A stretch of DNA of 64,000 nucleotides from a virus: the IMG/VR virus record IMGVR_UViG_3300037258_001195, positions 28,988 to 92,987 of that record; one strand, 5' to 3'. The position numbers were made by a program, and so were the translations under genes. Of the stretch, positions 10,093-19,856 are shown one piece after another. The notes under the pieces were generated by a model. It searched no databases. It worked only from the letters and a program-made list of their open reading frames with translations, and was not told where the DNA came from. How positions within the stretch are numbered: position 1 is the stretch's first letter; the number at the start of each line of letters is the position of its first letter.

Positions 10093-13000
10093 CAGAATGA
10101 CCTCGGAGTCAAGGCATTGTTGCGGAATAGACCTTTAATTGCACCAGGATTCGACGCAATCAGGCCGCGAAACCAACGGTCCATCGATGGGGCATCCATC
10201 GCAGCAGCGTGAAGATGAAGGTGATTGTCGCCACCGGACGCACCTCCACCGGCAACCATGTTTCGGACACCTTGGGCTAAATTCGCCGGGAGGACCATTT
10301 CACGGGGATGTAGGATGGACAAGCCACCAGCAATGTCCGCTCCGCCGCCGGCGTATGCGGGGACGTCCCAACCGCCCGAGGCGGCAGCAAGCAACGCCGA
10401 GGCCGCACCGCTAGCACCGGCGGCTGCTCCACCTGCGGCACTGGCACCACCGAACAGCCCCCCGATAAGCGGCAATCCACCGAGGAAACTAAGAAATCCA
10501 CCCGCATTCCCGACCGCGCCTGCTGCCGACCCAGCTCCACTCGCCGCCGAAGATGCCGACATGGTTGCGACAGATCCCGTGAAGGTTGCCACCGCCGAGG
10601 CGAAAGCAGTTACGGACGTAGCGAAAGTAGCTTCGGTCGAGATACTCTTCACGGCGCCGAGGCCGGTTCCGAGAAAGCCCCCCGGAGTTCCGATCCCAAG
10701 CATCTTAGCAATTCCTTGTCCGATGCTTGCCGTGCCTTCACCAAAAAGTGACTTTCCAATTGCCGTCGTAATTGACGAGCCGAGCTGCTTTCCCAAATCT
10801 CCTAGGGCACTCATGCCGAACTGCCCCAAGAGTTGTGTTGTCGGGTTAATCCGATGCGACTCCATCAATGGCTGGCCGTGCGGACCTTGCACACTGGACC
10901 ACCAATACTCCGGTTTCATTGGCTCAAAAGCGGATTTAATTGCTGTTCCGATCGTGCTTTCGAGTTGATCTCCAATGTTGTCAAAAGCGGCGCCCCACTT
11001 CGCAACAACCTCATTAACTGCTTGCGCGTGAGCCTCAACAACTTCCATCAATTTCTGATCGACTTGATTTTGAATTTGCTGATGTTGGATTAGGAATTCC
11101 TTATCAGCGTTGATTTTCTCTTGAATCGCCTCTTTATACAACTTTGGGTCTTGCTTATAGATCTCTTGTGCTTTGGCAATAATGGCGTCGTACGTCGAAT
11201 CAGTCTTCGACTTCAAATCATCTAGAGCCGCAATTTTCTGCACCCCAGCATCGCGAGCGGCAGAATAGTCTTGTTTCGCTCGCTGTTGCGGGGAGATTTC
11301 CTTATCGCCCTGAGAAATTCGCGCGGCGATTCTCGTGTGCTCTACTTGTGCATCTTGTTGTTCCGAAACAAGACGATAATCCTCTTTCAATCCCTGAAGG
11401 CTCTTCCTCAAGGCGTCGATATCGGACGTTGTTTCTTTATTCACTCCGGCGTGGTGCGGCTTTGGCTGATCGAATGGCTTTATTCCTGGCCGAACATCGA
11501 CGGGAGGAAGCTCCATAGGTCCGCCGAATTTGTGATACATATCACTGGTCGGCTTCCATCCCCCGTCAAACCGCGGCGCGCTAGAGAAACCAGGAATTCC
11601 AATTTTATTTAAAAACAGCCCAACCGACGCCTCAGCTTGCATTCCATAACTAAAAACCGTTCCTATTGCGCTAACAACAGACTTAGCTGCCGAGATAAGC
11701 TGGTTCATGAGGTTTAATACCGACTCTAGCGCCGGTATCGCGTTCATCTTAAATGTATCCCAACTCAAGCTAAGGGCATTGGTCTCTTGAGCAAGCTGCC
11801 GACCACCGTCAATATTCTTATCAACTGCATTTGCATAATCTTGTGCCGAGCTAGTAAGTTTCTGGTAATTCTGAACCATAGATGCAAGGGCGGCGTCAGA
11901 TCGACCAAATAACGCCTCTTCCGCCGCGCCTTTCACCGACGATGATTTGAAAGCATTTAACGCCGATGCAACCTTCATAAACATCGCATAGGTGTCATTA
12001 CCATGCGAAATAAGTTCATCTTGACTAACTCCGATGGCGTGAAGTGCTTTCGCCGCTCGTGACGCGGGGTTTGCCATTGCCTGTTCAATATGCATGGCAA
12101 ATTGCCGCAAAGCAGACGTTGCCCCATCCGCCTTAGTACCCGTTAAGATCAACGCCCCCTGGAGGGTTGCAAATTGATGAATGCTTAGTCCAGATGCTTC
12201 CGCCGCCCCGGAAATTTCCTCGCTGAGCTTCCCCATTGCCTGCGCCATATGCAGCGCACCTTCAGCGGCACCTACAACTGCAACGCCCCCCATAAGAGCG
12301 CCAACGCCAACACCGCCCCCCATTCCCGCCGCGCGAAACCCAGCCCCGACAGTCGACATCATCTGCCCACGTTGGCCACGCATTCCTTCGTCGAACAAGG
12401 ACATCCCCGTTCGGCCGCCGCGCATGAAACGAGACCAAAAACCTCGTCCAGCTACTTCGCCCGCCTCACCGGCTGCCCGTCGAATCTTCCCAAACGCCGC
12501 CTCAGCATCATTCACAGCAGTTTGATTATACACCTGACCTTTCGAGACGTAATTAAACCCTTTGTCAATCTCCTGCTGAAGTGACATATGCTGAACCGCT
12601 GCTGCCCCAGCGGCACGAGCAGACATTTGTTGAATTCGTGCTAACTCTTGCGCATTCTTCGAGGCTACCGAAAAATTAACATTGCTCGACGTTGGAGTTG
12701 TTCCGTGCGCGAAACTTTGGTCTAGTTGCTTCTGCCGTTCAGAGTGTTGCGTCGCAATCAATCGCGCATTGTTAAGTCCCGTCGTAGCGGCAATCGCATC
12801 GCGGACGGATTGAGTATAAAGTCTATTTCCACTTGCCCCAGCACGAGTAACGGCATCTAGTGCCGTCATCTCTCGCTCGACACCCTTAACGGCATCTGCT
12901 TGCCCGCGCATGGCAGCGATGGCGCGCGTGCTGAAGGTCGTGATATCGGAGAATGTCGCCATAGAACTGGCGCGAAGCTGAGTTAGTTTCGCCTCAGCGA

Positions 13001-13166
13001 TGGACAGTTCGGCGGCTGTTTTAGCCCCAAAACCGGCAAAGCCAGCGTATTGGCTTTGCCCCAGGTTGCTTAGTTGCTCCCGAAGCGACTTGATACGGGC
13101 TTCAAGTCGCGTAATCTCGCCGTCGCCAGAAACCCCAATGCTGATTCCGAGGCGATTGTCGCTCAT
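10092..13166 (-). CDS. Tape measure protein
   Basis: 1024 aa, Ala/Gly-rich and helical; C-terminal GGWDVP..LHPREMVLP; follows the tail chaperones. Confidence 0.9.
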   Translation of the reverse strand: MSDNRLGISIGVSGDGEITRLEARIKSLREQLSNLGQSQYAGFAGFGAKTAAELSIAEAKLTQLRASSMATFSDITTFSTRAIAAMRGQADAVKGVEREMTALDAVTRAGASGNRLYTQSVRDAIAATTGLNNARLIATQHSERQKQLDQSFAHGTTPTSSNVNFSVASKNAQELARIQQMSARAAGAAAVQHMSLQQEIDKGFNYVSKGQVYNQTAVNDAEAAFGKIRRAAGEAGEVAGRGFWSRFMRGGRTGMSLFDEGMRGQRGQMMSTVGAGFRAAGMGGGVGVGALMGGVAVVGAAEGALHMAQAMGKLSEEISGAAEASGLSIHQFATLQGALILTGTKADGATSALRQFAMHIEQAMANPASRAAKALHAIGVSQDELISHGNDTYAMFMKVASALNAFKSSSVKGAAEEALFGRSDAALASMVQNYQKLTSSAQDYANAVDKNIDGGRQLAQETNALSLSWDTFKMNAIPALESVLNLMNQLISAAKSVVSAIGTVFSYGMQAEASVGLFLNKIGIPGFSSAPRFDGGWKPTSDMYHKFGGPMELPPVDVRPGIKPFDQPKPHHAGVNKETTSDIDALRKSLQGLKEDYRLVSEQQDAQVEHTRIAARISQGDKEISPQQRAKQDYSAARDAGVQKIAALDDLKSKTDSTYDAIIAKAQEIYKQDPKLYKEAIQEKINADKEFLIQHQQIQNQVDQKLMEVVEAHAQAVNEVVAKWGAAFDNIGDQLESTIGTAIKSAFEPMKPEYWWSSVQGPHGQPLMESHRINPTTQLLGQFGMSALGDLGKQLGSSITTAIGKSLFGEGTASIGQGIAKMLGIGTPGGFLGTGLGAVKSISTEATFATSVTAFASAVATFTGSVATMSASSAASGAGSAAGAVGNAGGFLSFLGGLPLIGGLFGGASAAGGAAAGASGAASALLAAASGGWDVPAYAGGGADIAGGLSILHPREMVLPANLAQGVRNMVAGGGASGGDNHLHLHAAAMDAPSMDRWFRGLIASNPGAIKGLFRNNALTPRSF

Positions 13167-13546
13167 GCGAGTCGGAGCCCTTTGCGCTTTTCGTCATTCC
13201 GCAGTCGAAGCTCTTCGAAGTCGAGAATTACCGCTGTTTTGGCCTCTTTAGGATCGGGACCGCGAATTATTGGAATTGCAAGTCCAGCCTGCTTGGCTAG
13301 CTGATTTAGCATTGCGTCGGTAATCTCCTCATCGTCGGCGACTTTTCCGCCGAGCCCCTCAAGGAGCGACTTAACCAGCATTGAAGTCGGCGGATAGTCC
13401 TTCCACCCGCGAAGAAGCGCATTGGCCTCTCCGATGGTGTATTCGTCGACTATTCGCTTGTCCCATCCGTAGCCGGCGGCGAAGGCGGAGTAGAACGGCT
13501 GGACGTCGTAACTCCCGTCTCGGTCTCCGTCGCCGCTGCTTCCCCC
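13163..13546 (-). CDS. Tail assembly chaperone, -1 frameshift extension (gpGT-like)
   Basis: Open -1 frame overlapping the TAC 3' end and running up to the TMP start. Confidence 0.75.
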   Translation of the reverse strand, partial: GGSSGDGDRDGSYDVQPFYSAFAAGYGWDKRIVDEYTIGEANALLRGWKDYPPTSMLVKSLLEGLGGKVADDEEITDAMLNQLAKQAGLAIPIIRGPDPKEAKTAVILDFEELRLRNDEKRKGLRLA

Positions 13547-13839
13547 ACCATGCCGCTCAGACCAAGAACGGCATTCCAAGCAGCATTAACGTTGGCATAG
13601 TCGAGACGATCCCAAAGATCAAAATCAGAAAATTCCACCTCGGAATAATTCCTTCGCAGCGCCGCAATGACAATTTCACCGCGAAGAATCAAAAGCGGCG
13701 TGTAGTTGTTACCCGGTTCTGTGATTAGCTTATCATGCTGAACAAGCTTTTCGCCGAGTCCGTTTCGAAGCATCCCCAGACTAATTGGGGGAACTTCGAA
13801 TTCCTTGTCGCCAAGGGCGATTTTAATGCCGGGAACCAT
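13450..13839 (-). CDS. Tail assembly chaperone (gpG-like)
   Basis: Lies between the major tail and tape measure genes. Confidence 0.8.
   Translation of the reverse strand: MVPGIKIALGDKEFEVPPISLGMLRNGLGEKLVQHDKLITEPGNNYTPLLILRGEIVIAALRRNYSEVEFSDFDLWDRLDYANVNAAWNAVLGLSGMVGEAAATETETGVTTSSRSTPPSPPATDGTSE
13540..13546 (-). other. Programmed -1 frameshift slippery site G GGG GAA
   Basis: GTG GGG GAA in the TAC frame; the -1 frame continues GGGSSGD. Confidence 0.75.
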
Positions 13840-13877
13840 GTTGGGATAGCTCCGAAATTAGAGGAAAGGGGATGAGA

Positions 13878-14642
13878 TTACTCGCTTGTCGACAAGGTTC
13901 CGATCTGATTTCCCGTATTCGAGAACGCCATGTAGTCGAAATCGGGAATACCATAATCGTCAATTCTAGACGGGAAGGTCAGATGGCTACTAACACACTC
14001 AAAAAGTCGCAGCGTAATTTGCCCTGTCGACCCTTGCGTATTTCGCTGCTGGTAAAAGCTAGCTTCGAAGGTCGGCGTGTATCCCATGAAATTATTCGTC
14101 AGGGTAATCGTCTTGCCATTCGAGTCGGTGAAGGTGTAGGAAATTGCGACTGACGCGCCCGAATCCCCAGCACTAAACACATACACGCCGGTCGTGGGAT
14201 TGACATAATACGTCCCGGCGGAACTCGGTGCCGACTCTGCGGTATAGGTAAACCGATTTCCTTCGTTCAATCCGCCACTGTAATAAACCCCTAAATCGGC
14301 CACAAACGCAGTCGCCTGGGCAACAGTGACTGAAAATCCAGCTGTCGGAACCGTATTGACTTCATTCTCCGCCGTGTTGTATTCGCTCGCCGTAGCAAGC
14401 GATGATCCAAAGAATAGATCCGCATACAGGGCGGCGAAAATTCGCGCCATCTTCGCCTTTCCGGTAATCTTGCCCTTCCCGCGAGCAATATCGACCGGAA
14501 ACTGAAGTTGACTATAAAGCTCTTTCAACTCAAAGCTGAAGTCAATCGTATTGTCTTGCAAGATGGCGAACTGATCGGGGCCGATACTAGCCACGTCCGT
14601 TCGCGTGCCCCAGAGCGCGCCGATTCCGAAAATTAGCTGCAT
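13878..14642 (-). CDS. Major tail protein
   Basis: FGIGALWG, KELYSQLQFPVDIARGKGKITGK; position upstream of TAC. Confidence 0.85.
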   Translation of the reverse strand: MQLIFGIGALWGTRTDVASIGPDQFAILQDNTIDFSFELKELYSQLQFPVDIARGKGKITGKAKMARIFAALYADLFFGSSLATASEYNTAENEVNTVPTAGFSVTVAQATAFVADLGVYYSGGLNEGNRFTYTAESAPSSAGTYYVNPTTGVYVFSAGDSGASVAISYTFTDSNGKTITLTNNFMGYTPTFEASFYQQRNTQGSTGQITLRLFECVSSHLTFPSRIDDYGIPDFDYMAFSNTGNQIGTLSTSE

Positions 14643-14644
14643 AA

Positions 14645-14857
14645 CTAGTCTCCTCGAAGGTTCTTCGCCCGCAGGCGATTTCGTTCCCGAAGTTCAATTT
14701 CATTGAAACACGGCGCCGGCAACTCGATGGACTCAGTGAGAATGTCCAAACCTAGGAATTTCCACAATCCCTGACAATCGTCACGAGTAGCCTCAGAGAG
14801 AGTTGCCCTGGGGGTAATAGAGATAATCGGACCAAATAAAATCGATCCGACAATCAT
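14645..14857 (-). CDS. Hypothetical protein
   Basis: ORF coupled to its neighbours. Confidence 0.45.
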   Translation of the reverse strand: MIVGSILFGPIISITPRATLSEATRDDCQGLWKFLGLDILTESIELPAPCFNEIELRERNRLRAKNLRGD

Positions 14858-15084
14858 CGCCGCAACATTTCCTTCAGATGATCCTTACAGACCATGAGGT
14901 GGTTCCAAATCTGAGTGTGCTGCCCGACAACCGATCCCCGAATGTGATTGTCCCACCAATCTTCGACAATCTGGTCAATACTTCGCGGAGGGGCGGCTGT
15001 TTTATCTGCATCGACTCCATAGTCCTTCAATGGAGTCTCGGATTCTGGCTGCTGTACGTCTGTTTTGGTTTCATCGTCGCTCAT
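14854..15084 (-). CDS. Hypothetical protein
   Basis: AAGGA RBS; ORF in the tail operon. Confidence 0.6.
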   Translation of the reverse strand: MSDDETKTDVQQPESETPLKDYGVDADKTAAPPRSIDQIVEDWWDNHIRGSVVGQHTQIWNHLMVCKDHLKEMLRR

Positions 15085-15117
15085 TGTATGTCCTTTACAC
15101 CTTGCGGCTTGTATGCC
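15083..15117. promoter_or_regulatory. Intergenic TTGTATG(T/C)C direct-repeat element, copy 1
   Basis: 29/35 identical to 45633-45667. Confidence 0.55.
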
Positions 15118-15585
15118 CTACGGCATCTCGACAACTAACGGGACTATCAACAACGCCTGATTATCAATATCTCCGGGGTCCTTAAACACGCGACCCTCAA
15201 GGCGGCAGAAATAGACTAAATCCCCCAACGTATTCCCCCCAGTGGAGAAATTCGTTGCGGATTTCATGCCGAACATTTGGTCAAACGCTTCAAGCCAGTC
15301 GTTGATAATCGAGCCACCGACGATCGAGGGATCATCCGTCCGAGCATAGCACCAAATCCTAGGATTCAGCCTACGGCGATTAACGCCCAAGTTCCGATAT
15401 TCGTCATGTTCCTCATGCTCGACCACATACGCCGCCGGCTGCGAGTCGCCGGGAACATCAGACCAAAGCCGTAGCCGCCGCCCTGTTGTGAGCCAGGTTG
15501 TTTGCCCGGCAATGGGAGTCGAAAAGACCATTGCTTGAACAGAAGCCAGAATTGCATTCAGAACTTCTTCGCGTGTCGTGCTCAC
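15118..15585 (-). CDS. Tail terminator-like protein
   Basis: RRLRLWSDV..QPA, TLGDLV..CR.EG...DPGD; synteny. Confidence 0.7.
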   Translation of the reverse strand: MSTTREEVLNAILASVQAMVFSTPIAGQTTWLTTGRRLRLWSDVPGDSQPAAYVVEHEEHDEYRNLGVNRRRLNPRIWCYARTDDPSIVGGSIINDWLEAFDQMFGMKSATNFSTGGNTLGDLVYFCRLEGRVFKDPGDIDNQALLIVPLVVEMP

Positions 15586-16067
15586 AGGGCATCTCTAATT
15601 GCGTCTCGCAAGGCCGCCTCGATCTCGGGCGCCATTTCGGCCAATGCAGAGCGAAGATAACTTCTCTCGGGCATGGGAGGATGATAGACGTATGGAACGA
15701 ATATGATATCGCCGTTTTTCCCGACAAAACGTAGAACTCTTTTATTCACCGGAACGATCTCATACGAGCCCTTCCCACCATACTCGTGTGCCATCGCGTA
15801 GGCTTGGACTTTCTGGTCTGTCGACTCAACGGCCACGAAACCAATTAGTCCGCTTCCAATCTTCTCGACCCCAGAAACAAGCGCCTCGATTAGTGCGCCG
15901 GATTTGGAATTAAGAACTTTCCCGGAGAGATTCTCAACTACCTTTTCCCGAAGCAACGCCACCTGTTCGTCTAGTTTCGCCTCAATCGCGGCGTGGATTT
16001 TCTTTGGAATCGATTCCAGGTTAACCAGAACTTCTTGATCGACAATCTTAACGTTGATGCCAAGCAT
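15582..16067 (-). CDS. Neck/tail completion protein (HK97 gp10-like)
   Basis: YAMAHEYGG, MPERSYLRSAL. Confidence 0.75.
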   Translation of the reverse strand: MLGINVKIVDQEVLVNLESIPKKIHAAIEAKLDEQVALLREKVVENLSGKVLNSKSGALIEALVSGVEKIGSGLIGFVAVESTDQKVQAYAMAHEYGGKGSYEIVPVNKRVLRFVGKNGDIIFVPYVYHPPMPERSYLRSALAEMAPEIEAALRDAIRDAL

Positions 16068-16975
16068 CAGACTGGCGCCCCAATAGACGGGGGAACGACA
16101 TTGACGTATGGCCAAATCATGTCAGAAATCTCTGGGGGAAGACTTGGAAATGCCGATCCACGCATTCCGCCGCGAAGAAAGCGGACTGATTCCTGACCCC
16201 CAAGGGATTTCGATTCTTGTCCAACTCGGCCGCGATATGTCCAACGTTCGGCGACATACTGAATACAGGCTTCCTCCAGATCAGCCGGAACAAACGAGTA
16301 GGAAATTAAAAGGGCCGCCCCGGAATCGGACGACGAAAACGTGTAGAGTCCGGGAGCTGTGTCAGGTGGGGGAATGTACTGTCCAGCTCCGGGACTGCTC
16401 ACAACTGGAACCAGTGCAACTCCCGAATCCGCATAAACAACCCCGTTGTCCCGACACCAAATTCCACTTGGCTGAAGAACTGTCACAACGTATGGGCCAG
16501 GGCTTGATGGAATTATCTGGGCTTCGCTTTGGACCAAATATCCCGCCGTGTAGGAGATTTGGATATTCTGGGCTCCGGGCCACCAGACCCCATTAACAAA
16601 TTCCAGAACTGCCGGCTGCGAGGGTAGCCCACCATCCCAGGGTATGATGCGATAGCCCCATCCGAGGCTGGGCGGCGGGCTAATCCCTGTTTGCGGGTTG
16701 GGCAGCGGCGAAGCCGGAATAATCCCGGCCCCCATCTGAATATTACTAATCGCCGTCACAGGATAATCATGAAGAACGATCTGATACGTTCCCGTCCCGT
16801 CGACGGTTTCGACAAGATTTTTCGAGTAAAGCGTACTGCGATTTAATTTTGACCGAATACTCGCCGAGCATGAGGAGATTAGCTGTTGAAGAATCGTAGA
16901 CGAGTTTGAGTTAGTCCCCTCAAGCCAATTCTCGGCCCGAGCAAGGGTCGTTAGATCGCCAGCCGCGAGGGTCAT
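16067..16975 (-). CDS. Head-tail connector with an inserted beta-rich domain
   Basis: DLTTLA N-terminus, ISYTAGY, VPADLEEACI. Confidence 0.75.
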   Translation of the reverse strand: MTLAAGDLTTLARAENWLEGTNSNSSTILQQLISSCSASIRSKLNRSTLYSKNLVETVDGTGTYQIVLHDYPVTAISNIQMGAGIIPASPLPNPQTGISPPPSLGWGYRIIPWDGGLPSQPAVLEFVNGVWWPGAQNIQISYTAGYLVQSEAQIIPSSPGPYVVTVLQPSGIWCRDNGVVYADSGVALVPVVSSPGAGQYIPPPDTAPGLYTFSSSDSGAALLISYSFVPADLEEACIQYVAERWTYRGRVGQESKSLGGQESVRFLRGGMRGSAFPSLPPEISDMIWPYVNVVPPSIGAPV

Positions 16976-17163
16976 GAGCGGACCGTTAGATCAAAACCTA
17001 GTGGATGCGAAGGGGCAACCCGATACAAAGGTTGACCTAAATGATTATAAAGTCCAATAAATCGGGGTGTGGACTTTTCTTGCTCAATAATCACTTCCCC
17101 GCCCGCAGCGTGCATTTGGCCATAAATGTCAGGAAGTTGAACTATGGCCTTATATTCGCTCAT
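16972..17163 (-). CDS. Hypothetical protein
   Basis: ATGA-coupled ORF. Confidence 0.5.
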   Translation of the reverse strand: MSEYKAIVQLPDIYGQMHAAGGEVIIEQEKSTPRFIGLYNHLGQPLYRVAPSHPLGFDLTVRS

Positions 17164-17627
17164 TTCTTCCCCGCTTTCACGAGCGCGTCGCGAGTGTCCT
17201 GTTCAGACTCAAATTCGTCCAATCTCGCCTTAAGGGTCGCATTTTCGGACTCAAGTCCCTTATTCGCCTGACGAAGAATCGTGCATTCACTCTCGGCTTG
17301 GCGCTGTTGAGACTGAAGTCGCTGAATAGACTCATTGGCAAGTATCAATTCCGCCCGGAGGCTCGAAATCGTCTGGGCTTGCTCACCAATCTGCTGACTG
17401 GCCTGCCCGAAGGTCGGAAGCAAATCGTCAATCTCGCATCCCTCTGGGCGACGTCCGGGAGGAAGACTACCAAATCCAAGATTCATGTCGAGAAGTTTCG
17501 GCGCAAAATGATCCGGCGCCTGAAACCAATCTCGACCCTCGTCGTCCCGGAATTCGCTGGTGAAATTCTGCTGCTCAACCGAGCAACTTTCAGTTCCCTC
17601 AGGAAACATAAACCACATTGTCATCAC
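17160..17627 (-). CDS. Hypothetical head-associated protein with coiled coil
   Basis: GAGGAG RBS; C-terminal coiled coil. Confidence 0.6.
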   Translation of the reverse strand: MMTMWFMFPEGTESCSVEQQNFTSEFRDDEGRDWFQAPDHFAPKLLDMNLGFGSLPPGRRPEGCEIDDLLPTFGQASQQIGEQAQTISSLRAELILANESIQRLQSQQRQAESECTILRQANKGLESENATLKARLDEFESEQDTRDALVKAGKK

Positions 17628-17664
17628 TCCTCAAACGACGAGAGAGTTGGGAATCCCCCGCCAA

Positions 17665-18132
17665 TTATGCCAACAAGAGGTTGGCGAATTCCTCTTCCGT
17701 CCCCACAACAGCCATATCCCCCTTCATGGAGATAAGATGCTTGGAGTCCTGATACACAACAATCTTCCCCCCGCGAGCAAGGGTGCGTTGGATAAAGTCC
17801 TTGACAGGATCTTTTTTCCACGCATCGGGAAAATCGGGATATGGATAGATGTGAATCGTCTCGCGATCGACGCCCCAGGGCCAGCCGATTACGACTTTGG
17901 ACCTCTCGGGAAGCATCGCCGGAGGAAGACGAAAATCTCCCCCACGACGCTCTCCATCAAGAAAAAGACAGACATAATGGCGGCACGCATCTGGCCGCTC
18001 CTCATAGATACGACAACCGGGTCCGGAAGTTGTCGCTCCGAGATGCTTGCACGGCTGGCCGAATTCTTTCTGAACCTCGGGAACAGAAAAAACCCGGCAA
18101 CAACCAGTGCAATCCTGACACAATGCCGCCAT
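17665..18132 (-). CDS. YkgJ / CxxCxxCC cysteine-cluster protein
   Basis: CQDCTGCC...C..L...CRIYEERPDAC..YVC. Confidence 0.8.
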   Translation of the reverse strand: MAALCQDCTGCCRVFSVPEVQKEFGQPCKHLGATTSGPGCRIYEERPDACRHYVCLFLDGERRGGDFRLPPAMLPERSKVVIGWPWGVDRETIHIYPYPDFPDAWKKDPVKDFIQRTLARGGKIVVYQDSKHLISMKGDMAVVGTEEEFANLLLA

Positions 18133-18164
18133 TATATCCTCCGCGTTCTAGAGACCGTTAATAA

Positions 18165-19820
18165 CTAGAAGGCGAAGTTGCCGGTCGTGGGATTAACGTT
18201 ATTGATGACGGCGAAGCCCGGCGTGAAGTAGCACGGAAAGACTTCATCCGCATACACGCCATACTCATATCGCCGCGACCGCCAGGGCCATTGGATCTGA
18301 TAATAATCCTGCCGAACGCGAGCCTCCAATATATTCCCCACGCCGCTCAGCTCATACGGACTCCGATCCGACCAGAACAAGATCGTCCCAGGCGGAATAT
18401 ACGGATGCAGCTCTACGTCGAGCGTATTTCCGAAGAACTTGTTGATATAGGACGTGATCTTATAGCCCGCAACCAACTGCCCCTTTTCGTTGTTCTCGAA
18501 AAAGAGCCGGAAGATATTCGACGTGCCCGACTGACTCATCATCGCGCCGAAGCTGTTCAGCATATCGACCGAGGAGATCAAAATCCGATCAAACCCGATC
18601 TTATACTGGTCATACGCGGCGCGAAGAATTGAGTCGAACTCGTTGATATTGACGCCGTTAATCGTGAGGCCCGTGTTCCCGTTGGGACACGAATACACGA
18701 GCGATCCCGAGGGGCTCAACGTGACATTCGCAGGCAACGTAGCCGCAGTTGCCATCTGAGTCCCAGGCGCCGGCCCTGTGATGTTGCCGAAGACCTGATT
18801 CAGAATGCCATCGGGAGTCAGGAAATTGATTGAATTGTCCTGATAATTCCCGCCGACCTGAAGCGATGTAACCGGCTGCGCAGTTGCGGTATTGGGGAAT
18901 TTCGTAAAGACCGCCTGAGTCGAGGGCGAGATGCCCGCGAGATATTCGGCACCGGAAGCCGACCCAATAAACCATGCGTAGCCCATCGCCCCGACCACGG
19001 AAGCAACCGTAGCGGTTACGATTTGGGTTGAGGACGTGCCGACACTTGCCTCAGCGGAAGGTTGTGCCGAGCCGCCGCCATAGGTATCGGACGAGCCGTC
19101 GGCGTTGATTCGGGTGATCTGCCCAAGAACACCGCCAGTTCCAGTTGCCGCGTTGTATGGAGAATAATTCGCAATCCCCATTCCCGTAAGCGCAACGGCG
19201 CGAACGTAGACAGTTCCGCCCGAGAATGACCCGGTATTTCCGCCGCCAGCGGCTCCCGCGGAGAGCGTCGGAGTCGGCGTAATCCCCAGCGGCAGATTTG
19301 CGTCGCCATTGATGAGAAGCTTTTCCTCATCAATCATCAACGAACGAAGACTCGACTGAACACTGATCCCAAGCGTTTCCGGCGAGAGATTTCGACCCGC
19401 AAGCCGCGCCTCGAACGTGACCGAACTCTCGTAGCCGACCGTCTTAAAGGTCGCCATCTGATCCTGTTCGGAGATCGGAATACGCCCGCCACGATTACCT
19501 TCCGAGACGCCCGAGGACATTCCGTTGGGATTAATCGCAACAATACGTTTCCAATGATAGCTGTTTCCGCCGTCCGCGGCAACGCGAGGAAGCCGAGAAA
19601 TTCGCGGAATCAATTCCCGATACGGATAGAGCATCTGGACAACCGGCGACAGATCGTACCAGAGCAGATTCGTGCTCTGGGAAATCGTATCCGCCTTCGC
19701 TAGAGCATCCGGACCATATTCCGTGTCCAGAAATTTCCTAAAGGTCTCGTTCTGCGTCAGTGCAGAGACGAACTCATTCCCGATCCCGCCAGGGCCGGTG
19801 AAAGGAACATTACCCGACAT
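18165..19820 (-). CDS. Major capsid protein with a large insertion domain
   Basis: Follows protease/scaffold; PRISRLPRV, HPYIPPGTIL, YEYGVYADE; strongly biased codons. Confidence 0.85.
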   Translation of the reverse strand: MSGNVPFTGPGGIGNEFVSALTQNETFRKFLDTEYGPDALAKADTISQSTNLLWYDLSPVVQMLYPYRELIPRISRLPRVAADGGNSYHWKRIVAINPNGMSSGVSEGNRGGRIPISEQDQMATFKTVGYESSVTFEARLAGRNLSPETLGISVQSSLRSLMIDEEKLLINGDANLPLGITPTPTLSAGAAGGGNTGSFSGGTVYVRAVALTGMGIANYSPYNAATGTGGVLGQITRINADGSSDTYGGGSAQPSAEASVGTSSTQIVTATVASVVGAMGYAWFIGSASGAEYLAGISPSTQAVFTKFPNTATAQPVTSLQVGGNYQDNSINFLTPDGILNQVFGNITGPAPGTQMATAATLPANVTLSPSGSLVYSCPNGNTGLTINGVNINEFDSILRAAYDQYKIGFDRILISSVDMLNSFGAMMSQSGTSNIFRLFFENNEKGQLVAGYKITSYINKFFGNTLDVELHPYIPPGTILFWSDRSPYELSGVGNILEARVRQDYYQIQWPWRSRRYEYGVYADEVFPCYFTPGFAVINNVNPTTGNFAF

Positions 19821-19856
19821 CAACGTTCTCCTAATTCAAAATTAATAGGGTGGCAA

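Noticed and set aside
10225-10968. 247-aa Pro/Ala-rich plus-strand ORF and many similar antisense ORFs
   Set aside because: Shadows of Gly/Ala-rich genes on the opposite strand; no RBS or motifs
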